Positions 8,998 through 19,160 of a stretch of 64,000 nt of DNA are shown here, piece by piece. Made by a program: the position numbers and the translations under genes. Every line of letters starts with the position of its first letter. The first letter of the stretch is position 1. The notes under the pieces are model-generated. The model was not told the origin of the DNA and searched no databases. It saw only the letters and a program-made list of their open reading frames with translations. The stretch comes from a virus (taxonomy: Duplodnaviria > Caudoviricetes): the IMG/VR virus record IMGVR_UViG_3300001528_000407, positions 23,339-87,338 of that record, one strand, 5' to 3'.

Positions 8998-10287
8998 TTA
9001 CTCACCGTCAGCTTTGAAGAAAGCGGTATAGCCCATAGCCATGCCAGTGGCGATTACCTGAATCTTCTTCTCCTTGCTGCCGTTGCTCCAGTGAGAGAAC
9101 TTATCGGTAGAACCCTCTACAGCTTCGAGTGTGATAACCTCGTTTGCTGTGGTGTCAACTGGCTCGGTGTACTTCTTGTCGTTCACCTTTACGCTACCAT
9201 CAGTAATCTCGGTACCCTTGTCGTGAGCAAGAGTAACAACAAGGTTAGAGCTGGTGTAGTCGCCAGATACGAGATCTGTGCTCTGAAGGGAACCGTCTGT
9301 AACCGCAAGCGCCCAAGCGAATGGATTTTCGACTCCACAGCCTTGAATTGACTGGCACTGGAACTGGAGATCACGTGTATCGCTGTCAGAACCGAGACGA
9401 ACGTCAACGAATGACTGATTGCCCTCAGAATCAACTGCGAATACAAAGTTGCCAGGGACAGTAAAGATGATGCGGTCGCCAACACCCATACCATCAACAG
9501 GAGCGATAGTTACCTTTGGCAACTCGGGAATCTTGTAGTTACCATCAGCCACCACGTCGAGCTTGTGAGTACCGTATGACTGGAGAGCATACGCATCAGA
9601 GATAGCGATGGCAGTCTCAGTAGTCATGTAAGCGAAAATCTGCTGACGGCGAAGACGTGGGTCCAAAGACATATAAGCCTTGCGGAAAATCTTGTAAGCA
9701 GAGCTATCCTTCTCGTTAGCTGGAGCTGTGATAGCCTCGCAGTGAATCAAGTTGTGGTTAGCCTCGCTGATAAGGCCATCCTCAATGTCGTGATTGATAC
9801 AAGTAATCCAACCGTCCATCAAGCCCATAGCCTTCTCTTCCTCGGTAGCACCCTCATGGTCGTTGTCGATGTTACCCCACCAACAGTTGTTGTAGATGTC
9901 GTCTGCGTGAGTCTTGATAACAGCTTCTACGGCTACAGTAGAGAGTGGGTAAGCACCCTGTGCGTCAGTACCGTGAATTGTTTCGCAATAGCGGTCGATG
10001 TTATCGCTACCGTGGAACCAGGCGAGTTTAGCTGTAAGAACACGCTCCTTCAAGAAACCGATTGGAGAATCCATCTTAGGATTCAAATCCTTGCGGCGAG
10101 TGGTGCCACCCTTGCGAAGGAAGATGTTAGTGGTACGCTGGTACTGGATGCCGCTGATTACCTTGATGCCAAGACGCTGCATCTCCTCCGGAGCTGCATA
10201 CTGCGGACCCATAACCACGCTTTTGAATACCTGGTTGGCAACCTGCTGAAGAGCCTCGATGCCAATAAAGTCTTTTGGTGTATTCAT
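8998..10287 (-). CDS. major capsid protein with a C-terminal accessory beta domain
   Basis: 429 aa, downstream of the S49 protease/scaffold; C-terminal GSVKVN...FSHWSNG...YTAFF resembles the InlB-B/Bacteroidetes repeat domain. Confidence 0.75.
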   Translation of the reverse strand: MNTPKDFIGIEALQQVANQVFKSVVMGPQYAAPEEMQRLGIKVISGIQYQRTTNIFLRKGGTTRRKDLNPKMDSPIGFLKERVLTAKLAWFHGSDNIDRYCETIHGTDAQGAYPLSTVAVEAVIKTHADDIYNNCWWGNIDNDHEGATEEEKAMGLMDGWITCINHDIEDGLISEANHNLIHCEAITAPANEKDSSAYKIFRKAYMSLDPRLRRQQIFAYMTTETAIAISDAYALQSYGTHKLDVVADGNYKIPELPKVTIAPVDGMGVGDRIIFTVPGNFVFAVDSEGNQSFVDVRLGSDSDTRDLQFQCQSIQGCGVENPFAWALAVTDGSLQSTDLVSGDYTSSNLVVTLAHDKGTEITDGSVKVNDKKYTEPVDTTANEVITLEAVEGSTDKFSHWSNGSKEKKIQVIATGMAMGYTAFFKADGE

Positions 10288-10353
10288 AATTAATATAGTT
10301 TTAATTGTGGATAAAATGTTTTCTGTTAAATCGAAGTAAGAATAATGATGAGA

Positions 10354-12057
10354 TTAGAGGCCTGTTGACTTTCTGTAAGCCTCGATAGCCTTCTTTGAGC
10401 CGATAGGGTCGGCAGGATCCCAAGTAGGGTAGGCTGTATGAGCCTCTTCTACCTTTGCACCCTCGCCATTGTTCTCAGGAGCGGCACCAGCCTCTGGTTC
10501 GTTACCTGGATCTTCGTTGAGAGCTGCAATCTGTGCATTCTTGTCGGCGATAGTCTGCTCGGCGGTTGCGAGTGCATCTTTCGCACCCTTCAACTCCTCG
10601 TCAGCCTTGGCCTTGTCGGAAGTAAGATTCTTGATTTCCTCGTCCTTCTGGGCGATAGTCTCATCTTTCTTGGCGATAGCATCTTCATGCTCTGCCTTGA
10701 TGTTGGCGATTTCAGTAGCGTGAGCCTCGTTAGCATCGGTAAGAGCCTTCTCTGCGTTAGCCTTCGCCTCCTGTGCGGAAGCAAGCTGCTCATTGAGGGC
10801 ATCAAACTTAGCCTGCAAGTCATTCAAGCTCTGTTCTGCCTGGGTAGCCTTCTGCTGTGCATCAGCCACCTTTTGCTCGTTAGCTGCAAGAGATGCTTCG
10901 AGAGTATCAAGCAGGGGGGCATTCATGAATGCACCTTCCTCCTTAACCTCAATCTCATTCTCCTTCAAGCCACAAGCCTTGTTGATCTGTGGATAATTTG
11001 CCATATTGATTTGAGTTTTAGAATTGTTATCCTGTTTTGATGAAGAAGCCTGCGGGTCTTCCTTGCTTGGCTCTGGGTCGTTGGATGGCTCATTCTGTGG
11101 CTCATCCTCCGGCTCATCGGAAGAAGTCTCTCGCTTGATAGGCTCGGCCGTACCATTATACAGGTCGAAGCAACGCTGCACGCAAGAGAAGAAATCGCTC
11201 TGCTCATCTACCAAGATGCCTTTCACCTTCTCGGCACTGAATACCTTTCCATGCAGGTGTTCGTCTTTCGCATTAGGGCAAGCGGTTTTCACATCATTGC
11301 GGAACTCCACGCCCAACTCTGCAAGCTCGGCTACGAGTGCCTGGGTGTCGCCATCGTTGGCTACATCACGAAACTCTCTGTTCTTGTCGAAACTCTCGGG
11401 GTCGTAAAGCTCATGGTAAGTCTCATCGGTAAACTGGTTCTTGCTACCATCCGCCTGGGTGTAGAATGCTGCCATCACACCGATGCAACCGATTTCGTTC
11501 TTCGGGTGCATGTAGTAACGCTCATCGCAAAGAGAGGCGAGATACATACCAGCACTGGCACACATGCCATCAATAAAGGCAATGACAAACTGACCCTTGG
11601 AGTGAGCATAGTCGATGGCTTGCTGATAGTCGTTCTTAGCCCAAGCTGAACCACCAGGAGTGTTGATGATGAAAATGTGACCTCGGCACAACGGATGGTT
11701 AGCTGCACGAATCATCATGTCTCTGTGGTCGATACTGCCATAAGAGCAACCTCCGCCGTTTCGGGTGATAGGACCATCCACGGTGAGCACGCTCACGAAC
11801 GGGAAGTTCTGAAGGTCGTCATCTTCGAGCGCCCAGTTACCACGCACCTGCTTGCCATCCTCGGAAATCTGATATTCCTCTGGGTAGTACACACCACCCA
11901 TCGCATCGACGGCAGTAACGAAACCGCAAGACTTCTGAGGCTTCTCGAATGCAGCATGGGCATTCAAATTTTGCTCCAAAGCCTTTCTCATGCCATGCAC
12001 GAAGTCAGGGAGAATCATCCACTCCTTCTTAGTTATCAATTCGTATAAACCATTCAT
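10354..12057 (-). CDS. S49 (ClpP/SppA-like) prohead protease fused to a coiled-coil scaffold
   Basis: VDGPI, INTPGGS, GMCASAGMYLAS and IGCIGV motifs; C-terminal heptad region. Confidence 0.85.
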   Translation of the reverse strand: MNGLYELITKKEWMILPDFVHGMRKALEQNLNAHAAFEKPQKSCGFVTAVDAMGGVYYPEEYQISEDGKQVRGNWALEDDDLQNFPFVSVLTVDGPITRNGGGCSYGSIDHRDMMIRAANHPLCRGHIFIINTPGGSAWAKNDYQQAIDYAHSKGQFVIAFIDGMCASAGMYLASLCDERYYMHPKNEIGCIGVMAAFYTQADGSKNQFTDETYHELYDPESFDKNREFRDVANDGDTQALVAELAELGVEFRNDVKTACPNAKDEHLHGKVFSAEKVKGILVDEQSDFFSCVQRCFDLYNGTAEPIKRETSSDEPEDEPQNEPSNDPEPSKEDPQASSSKQDNNSKTQINMANYPQINKACGLKENEIEVKEEGAFMNAPLLDTLEASLAANEQKVADAQQKATQAEQSLNDLQAKFDALNEQLASAQEAKANAEKALTDANEAHATEIANIKAEHEDAIAKKDETIAQKDEEIKNLTSDKAKADEELKGAKDALATAEQTIADKNAQIAALNEDPGNEPEAGAAPENNGEGAKVEEAHTAYPTWDPADPIGSKKAIEAYRKSTGL

Positions 12058-12194
12058 AGAGGGTTTGTATTTTTTAAAGGTTATCGTATGTTTTGTTATC
12101 CCAAATTGTGTTATCCTAAAACAAATCTTTTTGCCTCGTTTAGAAAACTCTTATCGAAGACAATATGAAGAAATGTCTTATAAATCTTTCTGCT

Positions 12195-12238
12195 TGCAAA
12201 GGTAGAAAAAGAGGGTAGACGAGAGGGGACAAAAATAA
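12195..12238 (-). promoter_or_regulatory. putative late promoter (TTTGTCCC box plus -7 TACCTTTG) for the capsid operon
   Basis: -7 box at 12197-12204, TTTG at 12230-12233, 25-nt spacer identical to four other sites. Confidence 0.6.
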
Positions 12239-12258
12239 TCTAAAACAGGCGAATAAAC

Positions 12259-12289
12259 AAAAAAGCCGCCATCCTCACGGATAGCGGCT
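12259..12289 (-). terminator. intrinsic terminator
   Basis: agccgc-tatccgtgaggatg-gcggct hairpin followed by a T-run on the minus strand. Confidence 0.6.
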
Positions 12290-12433
12290 CTCCCAAATAA
12301 ATACAAAAACATTATCGCTCTAATATTATTTGCACCTAAAAACTTAATAAAAAATGGCACACGTCTCAATTACCAAAGACGCGTTAGAAGTACTTATATA
12401 TTCATTTCAACCTATTCTATCATATTCTTTCCA

Positions 12434-12931
12434 TCAATCCTGCTTGAACGTGATAGGAATCTTATCATTCATCGCCGTAATGGAGGCGGTGAGCGTATAA
12501 GTTTCCGTATTGCTCTGGTTGGTCGATGATGCCAATATTCTGAACGTATTGGACAGCGTATATAATAGGTAATAGGTACCATCTTGGTTTTTGAGCACAA
12601 TATAATGCTCCTGCTGCCCCATTTTAGATACAATTTCGTAGATATTTTCCTTGCCAATGGAAATGGTGGCATTTATCTCGAAGGTATAAGGCATACCATT
12701 GCCAGCTACAGACGATGTAACTTTCACCGTCATAGCTTCTGCCACAACATAGTTGTTATCACCTTCAGTGGTGGCAATATGCAGGTTGGCAGTACCCATC
12801 TCGCAATCATTCATCGAGAGGATAGGCTTCACGAAGGATGGGATGGGTAATACCGCACCTTTGGTTGGATAAAAGTAGGCATCCGTGATGCCATCAAGAA
12901 AATATTCTCGGCAATTATCGGGCTTTTTCAT
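12434..12931 (-). CDS. hypothetical protein (possibly virion-associated)
   Basis: 165-aa beta-rich ORF upstream of the head genes. Confidence 0.65.
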   Translation of the reverse strand: MKKPDNCREYFLDGITDAYFYPTKGAVLPIPSFVKPILSMNDCEMGTANLHIATTEGDNNYVVAEAMTVKVTSSVAGNGMPYTFEINATISIGKENIYEIVSKMGQQEHYIVLKNQDGTYYLLYTLSNTFRILASSTNQSNTETYTLTASITAMNDKIPITFKQD

Positions 12932-13005
12932 ACTGGGTAAAAACTTTTCTTTGTTATTTAATATTTTTTAATTATCACTTTAACAGTTATTAATTAAGTT
13001 ACGTA

Positions 13006-13737
13006 TCATAGCCAAACAATACCATCCACGCGATGTATGCTCTCCTTAGGGTCTTCGTACTGCATATCCATGCACGAATAGGAGGTATAGTCCAGGTGGT
13101 CGGTCTTCAACCATCTAAGGATGATGCGACGCAGATTGTCTTTCTCTTCCGTGGTTGGCTCTATACCATATCTCATAAGGTAACGCTCCAGCATGGCTGT
13201 TTGTGCCCTGGCGATAATCCTACCGTTACATACGCAAAAATCGAAGGTAGAGATGGCCCAATCTACCAAACTTCGCTTGAAGTCGTTGTTGAGCATCGTT
13301 AGCAATCGCCTTACGCCATGAACCTCCAGGGTATAGGTAGGAGTGACAGGGCGAACCATGTCTATCATTTCCACCTCGCTTGGCAAGTGGATGCAAAGAT
13401 AGTCTTCCTTGATGCTGCGGTCGTAGTCCAAGATACCATTCAGGTATTGTACCTCTGCAAAGGTAAGATAATCCGCCGTATTTCTCTTGACAATTACCTT
13501 GCCTCCCAATGGGTGTTTACCTTGCATCATGTTGGTCCACTGCCACTGGGAGAAGCAAGCGGGATTAACCTGCTGCGTACGACTGCTCGCATTGGTGAGC
13601 GAGTTCTTCATCACAAAGTATTCCGGCATGTAGGCATTGAATATCAATGGTTCTTCCCAAGCAAGCACTTGCTTAGGGTCTCGATGCCGAAAATACTGGC
13701 AACGACTGGTGGGTAATCGAAGAAAGATGTTTGGCAT
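13006..13737 (-). CDS. hypothetical protein
   Basis: 243-aa ORF. Confidence 0.7.
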   Translation of the reverse strand: MPNIFLRLPTSRCQYFRHRDPKQVLAWEEPLIFNAYMPEYFVMKNSLTNASSRTQQVNPACFSQWQWTNMMQGKHPLGGKVIVKRNTADYLTFAEVQYLNGILDYDRSIKEDYLCIHLPSEVEMIDMVRPVTPTYTLEVHGVRRLLTMLNNDFKRSLVDWAISTFDFCVCNGRIIARAQTAMLERYLMRYGIEPTTEEKDNLRRIILRWLKTDHLDYTSYSCMDMQYEDPKESIHRVDGIVWL

Positions 13738-13783
13738 TTATTTATAATTTATGATTTATAACTTATCATTTATATATAGTTTA

Positions 13784-14749
13784 TCATTTCTTTTCGTTCA
13801 TTTGATAATATAGCATGATGGCATCCGTTACCAGGAAGCAATAATTCAGTGGGTCTTTGCTTGCATCAATCTTTGCCTTGCCTGCTGCCATCAGCTTATC
13901 CAGCTTGTCCGTCTGGCTTGGCGAGAGATTATAGGCGAGAGCCACGGCATCAATGTAGGCACCGTTATTCTCGGTTCGCTTGATGAAGTTCATACCAAAA
14001 TGCTTGCCACTCTCGAAGAAGAGGTTGATAGCCTCCATCATCTGCTCGGCTGTATAGGTAGGGCGGCGAGGATGCAGCTTGCGATATTTCTCACTGTACG
14101 TCTTCAGTCGTTTCTCCATATACTCATTGATACTATCCGAATAATCAAAGTACAATTCCTGGTCTGCCTCGGTCTTCATACCCTTGTCTCGTGAGCACTG
14201 GAAGAAGCCTCTCAACTGCTGCATCATCGTAGCCACGCCGTCAAACTGGGTGAACTCGATGGCGTTGCCGAATACATTCTTCATGTCGGCTTTAATATCA
14301 GTCAAGAGACTCTCCAGCATATCAGAGAGGAAAGTAATCTTATCCAGGTTGGCAGACAGTCTATCCACCTGCTCGTTCATGCCTTCCTTGGAGTAATCTA
14401 CATAGTACTTCATCAAGTTGTCGAAGGAGAGGAGGTCGTAGGTGGTATCAGAACGAATGTTCGACTGCACGATAAGGGCATACATCAGGTCTGCCAACTT
14501 GCGGTCTCGCTGCTGGATGCCACGGATAGCAGCTTGTATCTCCGCCGAATTAGGGCGCATACGTCCTGCTGCCTTCACCAGGTTGTTGCGCTTATTGACG
14601 AGTTCCACAAAGTCAGGATCACCGAAGAGTAATTTCAGTGTCTCGGTGTATTTCTCCATCGGTGTGTCCTTGAAATTGAACACATAGATGGTAGGCTCCA
14701 TTTCTATTTTTGCGGCTTTCTTCGCCAAGTCTTTTTTATTCTTTGCCAT
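13784..14749 (-). CDS. hypothetical helical protein
   Basis: 321-aa ORF. Confidence 0.7.
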   Translation of the reverse strand: MAKNKKDLAKKAAKIEMEPTIYVFNFKDTPMEKYTETLKLLFGDPDFVELVNKRNNLVKAAGRMRPNSAEIQAAIRGIQQRDRKLADLMYALIVQSNIRSDTTYDLLSFDNLMKYYVDYSKEGMNEQVDRLSANLDKITFLSDMLESLLTDIKADMKNVFGNAIEFTQFDGVATMMQQLRGFFQCSRDKGMKTEADQELYFDYSDSINEYMEKRLKTYSEKYRKLHPRRPTYTAEQMMEAINLFFESGKHFGMNFIKRTENNGAYIDAVALAYNLSPSQTDKLDKLMAAGKAKIDASKDPLNYCFLVTDAIMLYYQMNEKK

Positions 14750-14827
14750 ATTGCTTGCTTACTTGTAGGGGAGATTTAAGTCTCCCTATTTTTTACACTA
14801 TAAATCCTCTATTTATCATAACAGCCA

Positions 14828-14989
14828 TTATTTCTTCAAACGGCTATGATGATTTTGATAACCTTTCAGCCAGGATACAGGTGCAGGGTTTGCACAGTGA
14901 AACGAGCAATTCACGCTATAGAGCATGGCGTGAAAAGCGTCTATTTCCTCGGCTGTGAATGGGCAATCTTTGTTAATTCGACGTGCCAT
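14828..14989 (-). CDS. small hypothetical protein
   Basis: MARRINKDCPF... 53 aa; ATG at 14989 immediately after the dUTPase stop. Confidence 0.45.
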   Translation of the reverse strand: MARRINKDCPFTAEEIDAFHAMLYSVNCSFHCANPAPVSWLKGYQNHHSRLKK

Positions 14990-14990
14990 A

Positions 14991-15446
14991 TTATGATTGC
15001 TCCTTATCCGACGATCCGTAGCCGTTGGCACCTCTTGCAGTCTTGCGAAGCTCATCCACCAACTCGAAATCCAGTGGCTCTGTGCGCTCCAGGCAAATCT
15101 GACAAACCTTGTCGCCCACCTTGTAGCGAGGCAAGGATGGCACTACGTGATAGAACACAGCCGACAACTCGCCTGTATAAATCTCGTCGATGGTACCTTG
15201 CGAATTGGAAAGCACCATGCCGGTCTTATACACCGATGAGCGGGCACGCAGGTTAATACCTCGGATATGCGCTCCATCACAATCATTGACTGGCTGCAAG
15301 GCGAAACCTAAGCCATACTTCCATACACCAGGATGAACCTCTTTTTCGCTCACTGCCACACAATCGTAGCAGAAATCTGCCTCATGCCCATCCGCCTTAA
15401 AAGGAATCAGAGCTTTATCATCTAATTTCTTGATTAAAAACTTCAT
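14991..15446 (-). CDS. dut: trimeric dUTPase
   Basis: ADFCYD, RARSSV, GTIDEIYTGEL, KVCQI and RGANGYGSS match dUTPase motifs 1-5. Confidence 0.9.
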   Translation of the reverse strand: MKFLIKKLDDKALIPFKADGHEADFCYDCVAVSEKEVHPGVWKYGLGFALQPVNDCDGAHIRGINLRARSSVYKTGMVLSNSQGTIDEIYTGELSAVFYHVVPSLPRYKVGDKVCQICLERTEPLDFELVDELRKTARGANGYGSSDKEQS

Positions 15447-15477
15447 TTTATTTGCGCTATTTTCAATTTATTGTAAT

Positions 15478-16392
15478 TTACTCCAATGTTTCCTTCTGAA
15501 ACTTGAAGTCTGGAATAAGCTGCTGCATTCTATTCAAGATGGTGTTGTGGATCAAGCAACCTATCATCTTGGCGTTCGGGTGAGCCTTGCCGGTACTCTC
15601 CAGGAAACGAAGGTTGATGATGTGTTGCCACTCCTTGATGTTGTAGGTATATGCCACCACGGTATAGGTATCAAGCGGAAGAATGCCTCTTGCATCCTGA
15701 GCCTTCAATCCGCTCTTCAGCAATCGTAGGTATATCCAACTACTCACCTTGCAGCCAATAGTAAAGAGGAATCTTTGCCACCAGGTACCATCGTGCAACC
15801 AATGGGGTTTGGCTATCTGCACACCACCTTTCTTCTCCATATTCACGTAGCGAGTACTCTGCTCGCTGATACAGTTGGGCGATGTGCGGTTCAACTCTCG
15901 TGAAGTTGAAATCTGGGTAGTTACCACCATCGTCATGCGAAGGAGATAATAAGCCTCCTGACAGTCGTACTTTTGAGCCATCGTAATAAAGTCCTCTTCC
16001 TCCACCTCATATCGCTCTACCAGCTTGTAGAGGCTGCCATGCTCGCACATAAACTGGAGGTTGGTACTGATCCATACCTTTCTATCCTTCACTGCATAGT
16101 CGATGTATGGCGATGCACAGAGGAATGCCCAAAGGTCACGAGGCACCTGCCCGCTATTCTTGATGAAGAAGTAGAGCGTGCCATGACGATACATCGAGCG
16201 ATGCCCACTATCCCAAAAGCGGTTGCAAAGTTTGACGGCTTGCTCCTCTCTGAACTTCTCTTTCTGCTCCTCGGACAAATCCTCGTCAGACTTCTTCGCC
16301 TTGCTCTTGTAACAGATTCTGCCCACCTTGGCTATCTGCTGGACGGCGGTCTTCTGCGGCCACCACTCCACACCAGGAATTATCATTTTCAT
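15478..16392 (-). CDS. thyX: flavin-dependent thymidylate synthase
   Basis: GHRSMYRH, SRELNR...SEQSTRYV and QDARGILPL motifs. Confidence 0.85.
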   Translation of the reverse strand: MKMIIPGVEWWPQKTAVQQIAKVGRICYKSKAKKSDEDLSEEQKEKFREEQAVKLCNRFWDSGHRSMYRHGTLYFFIKNSGQVPRDLWAFLCASPYIDYAVKDRKVWISTNLQFMCEHGSLYKLVERYEVEEEDFITMAQKYDCQEAYYLLRMTMVVTTQISTSRELNRTSPNCISEQSTRYVNMEKKGGVQIAKPHWLHDGTWWQRFLFTIGCKVSSWIYLRLLKSGLKAQDARGILPLDTYTVVAYTYNIKEWQHIINLRFLESTGKAHPNAKMIGCLIHNTILNRMQQLIPDFKFQKETLE

Positions 16393-16424
16393 TTTTCTTC
16401 TCTGTATATTGTTTAATATGTATA

Positions 16425-16931
16425 TTATTCAGTCTCTCTAAGCCTCTTGGCTACCAGCGCAACCAACTCACGCAAATCAACCATCGAGGAATTATTGAAT
16501 ATGATATATTCATAATCATTAATATCCAGATGGTAGCGGTCGTGATCACGTGCTTGTCGCTCCTTGCTGACACCTCTCTTTTCGAGCGTATCGGAATGAG
16601 CGGACACATAGATGTTCACAAGTTTAATATCAGGAAATCGCTCACACAGCTTCACCAAACCTTTCTCGTCTATCACGTAGATGGCGTTATCGGACAGCTG
16701 GCCTACCTCCGTCCAATATTCATAACCTCCATATTGTGTGTAAGCCAACATCTGATTTTTAGCCACCCTGCACTTATCCACGAAGTAATGTTGGATGCCA
16801 TCCGACTCACCCTTACGAATAGGGCGAGTAGTATAAGAGCATATCATATTATACCCCGTCATGGCAGATAGCATCATAGCCACCGTATCTTTGCCAGCCC
16901 CACTGGAGCCTGTAATTGTTATCAATCTCAT
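16425..16931 (-). CDS. gmk: guanylate kinase-like protein
   Basis: GSSGAGKDT P-loop; SYTTRPIRKGESDGIQHYFV; YGGYEY. Confidence 0.85.
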   Translation of the reverse strand: MRLITITGSSGAGKDTVAMMLSAMTGYNMICSYTTRPIRKGESDGIQHYFVDKCRVAKNQMLAYTQYGGYEYWTEVGQLSDNAIYVIDEKGLVKLCERFPDIKLVNIYVSAHSDTLEKRGVSKERQARDHDRYHLDINDYEYIIFNNSSMVDLRELVALVAKRLRETE

Positions 16932-16969
16932 ATTTTGTATATATTTTTTATTCAGTGTTTAATATAACT

Positions 16970-17049
16970 AACCGTGAAATAACAGTGAAATAACCGTGAA
17001 ATATCAGTGAAATATTCATAAGACTTTCGTAAGACTTTCATAAGACTTT
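16970..17049. repeat. two adjacent 11-bp tandem arrays
   Basis: aacMgtgaaat-like unit x4 (16970-17013), then cRtaagacttt x3 (17017-17049). Confidence 0.85.
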
Positions 17050-17170
17050 TATGTAAAGTCTTTTTCGCTTATCACGAGTACCTCTTTTCGATTGTCTTTC
17101 GTCAAACTTTATGACTTGTCATTTAGAAATTCAAATTCGGGTACTGAGTCAACGACGGATAATCGTACTA

Positions 17171-18268
17171 TTAATGCAGCTCCCTCCAAACTTGTTGCTT
17201 GATGGAATGATACTCTCCCTCACCGCAATTCTGCTTGAAAGCATGAATGAGGTAGGCATAGGTTACGGTATTGCTACTACCCAGCTGCCTCCACTTCTGT
17301 GAAGTCTGAGCCGAATTATACTTTCGGCTGCAAGCGGAAAGGTCATGGAAGAGACGCTCACCGTATGGGTGAGCCTTCAATGCCCAACCCGCCTTGGTCC
17401 ACTCATCATAACTTTCTGCGATATTAATGCCTCTGCCCGCAAGCGTCTTCACTATCAGTTCTATCAATCTATCTTGTGTGCGAGGGTCGTTCCAGAAAGA
17501 TCTGTATGCCTCTTCCGAGTTATAACTGGAGTTGTTACTCATCGCTTGCTGATAACGCTGTCTCGCTTGTCGCTCGTAGTTGATTCGCGCTTGCGGTACC
17601 ACCTGCGGCTCATCCATCAACAAGCCCCGATAAGGCTGCACATGATTATTAATGTAGATATGATCCTCGTCATCCCAGGATGCAAAGCGCACTCGCCCGA
17701 TGTTGCCACACTGTTTGTCGAGCACGATGCCAAGAGCCGCATAGTCTCGAAGCAAGGCTTTGAATTGCGCCTTATGCTTATCGGGATAAGCCAACTTTAC
17801 CAAGCCGAAATATCCGGTACCCGAGCAACTTCTCATCAACAAACCTATCTCTGGACGAAAACGAGCCACCATTTTGATATTCTCGAAGTTGGTAAGCTGC
17901 AAATTATCTTGCAGGTCGATGTCGATGGCGAGCCAGCCGGTATGCTGTTTCAGATGGGTCTCTCTTCGGGAAACCATCACTCGCTGCCCTGGGTGGGTAA
18001 GGCTCTCGTCCTCGTAGAGAGAGAAGAGACCGCTCAACGTAGCTCCAGGTAACATCTTCTTGGTGTCGATGTATTCGGGCATCTTCTTTGCCTTGCTGCC
18101 ATATTCCTGGCGCATCGCCCTCAACTTCTCAACATACGGCTTCCATCTATCCGTAAGACAGAACTCACGGATAGACATCTGCTGAATGCACTCACCCGTC
18201 TCTCTATCGACGAACCTTCCGTAGGCATCGGTGGCAGACTCGTATATGGAACAAATTTCTTCAAACAT
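17171..18268 (-). CDS. BT4734/VirE-N-like protein with a PriCT-2 primase C-terminal domain
   Basis: TLSGLF, AIDID, RSCSGTGYFG and RVRFASWD; C-terminal DEWTKAGWAL...SRKYNSAQTSQKW. Confidence 0.75.
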   Translation of the reverse strand: MFEEICSIYESATDAYGRFVDRETGECIQQMSIREFCLTDRWKPYVEKLRAMRQEYGSKAKKMPEYIDTKKMLPGATLSGLFSLYEDESLTHPGQRVMVSRRETHLKQHTGWLAIDIDLQDNLQLTNFENIKMVARFRPEIGLLMRSCSGTGYFGLVKLAYPDKHKAQFKALLRDYAALGIVLDKQCGNIGRVRFASWDDEDHIYINNHVQPYRGLLMDEPQVVPQARINYERQARQRYQQAMSNNSSYNSEEAYRSFWNDPRTQDRLIELIVKTLAGRGINIAESYDEWTKAGWALKAHPYGERLFHDLSACSRKYNSAQTSQKWRQLGSSNTVTYAYLIHAFKQNCGEGEYHSIKQQVWRELH

Positions 18269-18299
18269 AACTCGGATATATTTATTTCTCTATTCGGTT

Positions 18300-19020
18300 G
18301 CAAAATTAAAAAATAAATTTGAAATATGCAATATTTGGGATATTTATTTTATAGGTAAAACAAATTTTTAATGCTTTTTATATAGTCATGCACATATCTG
18401 GGCTATATTTTCACAACAAAAGTCCAAAAAATAAACTTTTCTTGGTCCAAAAGTCCAAAAACGAGACCAAATGTTTAAAAAAACTTTGAGGTATCAAAAA
18501 GTTTTCAGACCAAATGTTTAAAAATGTCCTCCATTGTTTATGCTCTGTCCCCCTATTGTCCATGAATTGATTATTTCTAATTTTGCTTTTTCTCGCTGAA
18601 AATTAGCGGATTATCTATCTATTGTTTAAAAATTTATGTTTTTTCTATAAATAGGAAGTGATGCGTGGTAAAAATAAATTTAGAAAGTGTATATGTTTTA
18701 GGGAAAATCTAATAAAATCAGCCGTTTTGTTGCTGTTTACCCATATCACTTAAACTACTCATTGTCAAATGATTACAACAAAGTTGTATATGCTACCTAC
18801 TTATAGTTTGAGGTTAGGGGATTTTGAATATAGGGAAAAGAAAAAATGTCGGGAAATTCTATAAGGGGTTTGCGAAAAACGCAATATTTTTGGACTTTTG
18901 TCCTCAAAATACCCCCAAAAGTCCAAAAATCAACAAGTTACCGTAGTTTGGTAGAAATAGTCAAAGAAATCGGTTTTTTGACAATCACAGAGAAAAGCCA
19001 ACAATACGGGGGTTCGGGGT
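18300..19020. repeat. AT-rich non-coding region with AAAAGTCCAAAAA direct and inverted repeats
   Basis: Copies near 18418, 18449 and 18917, an inverted copy near 18886; gaccaaatgtttaaaa x2. Confidence 0.7.
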
Positions 19021-19024
19021 AAAG

Positions 19025-19056
19025 AAAAACCGCCTCGTTATCACAACGAAGCGGTT
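19025..19056 (-). terminator. intrinsic terminator after the tape measure gene
   Basis: aaccgc(c/t)tcgtt-atcac-aacgaagcggtt hairpin plus T-run on the minus strand. Confidence 0.6.
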
Positions 19057-19160
19057 CAAAATAAAAATCAACAAAAATCTAACTAATATATAATAAAGAT
19101 GAAAACATTAAGTTCATCATAGCCCCGAATATCACCCATATCGGGCGATATTCGAGAGGC

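Noticed and set aside
10914-10919. G6 run in the protease gene as a phase switch
   Set aside because: Short, C on the coding strand, in frame, and in an essential gene.
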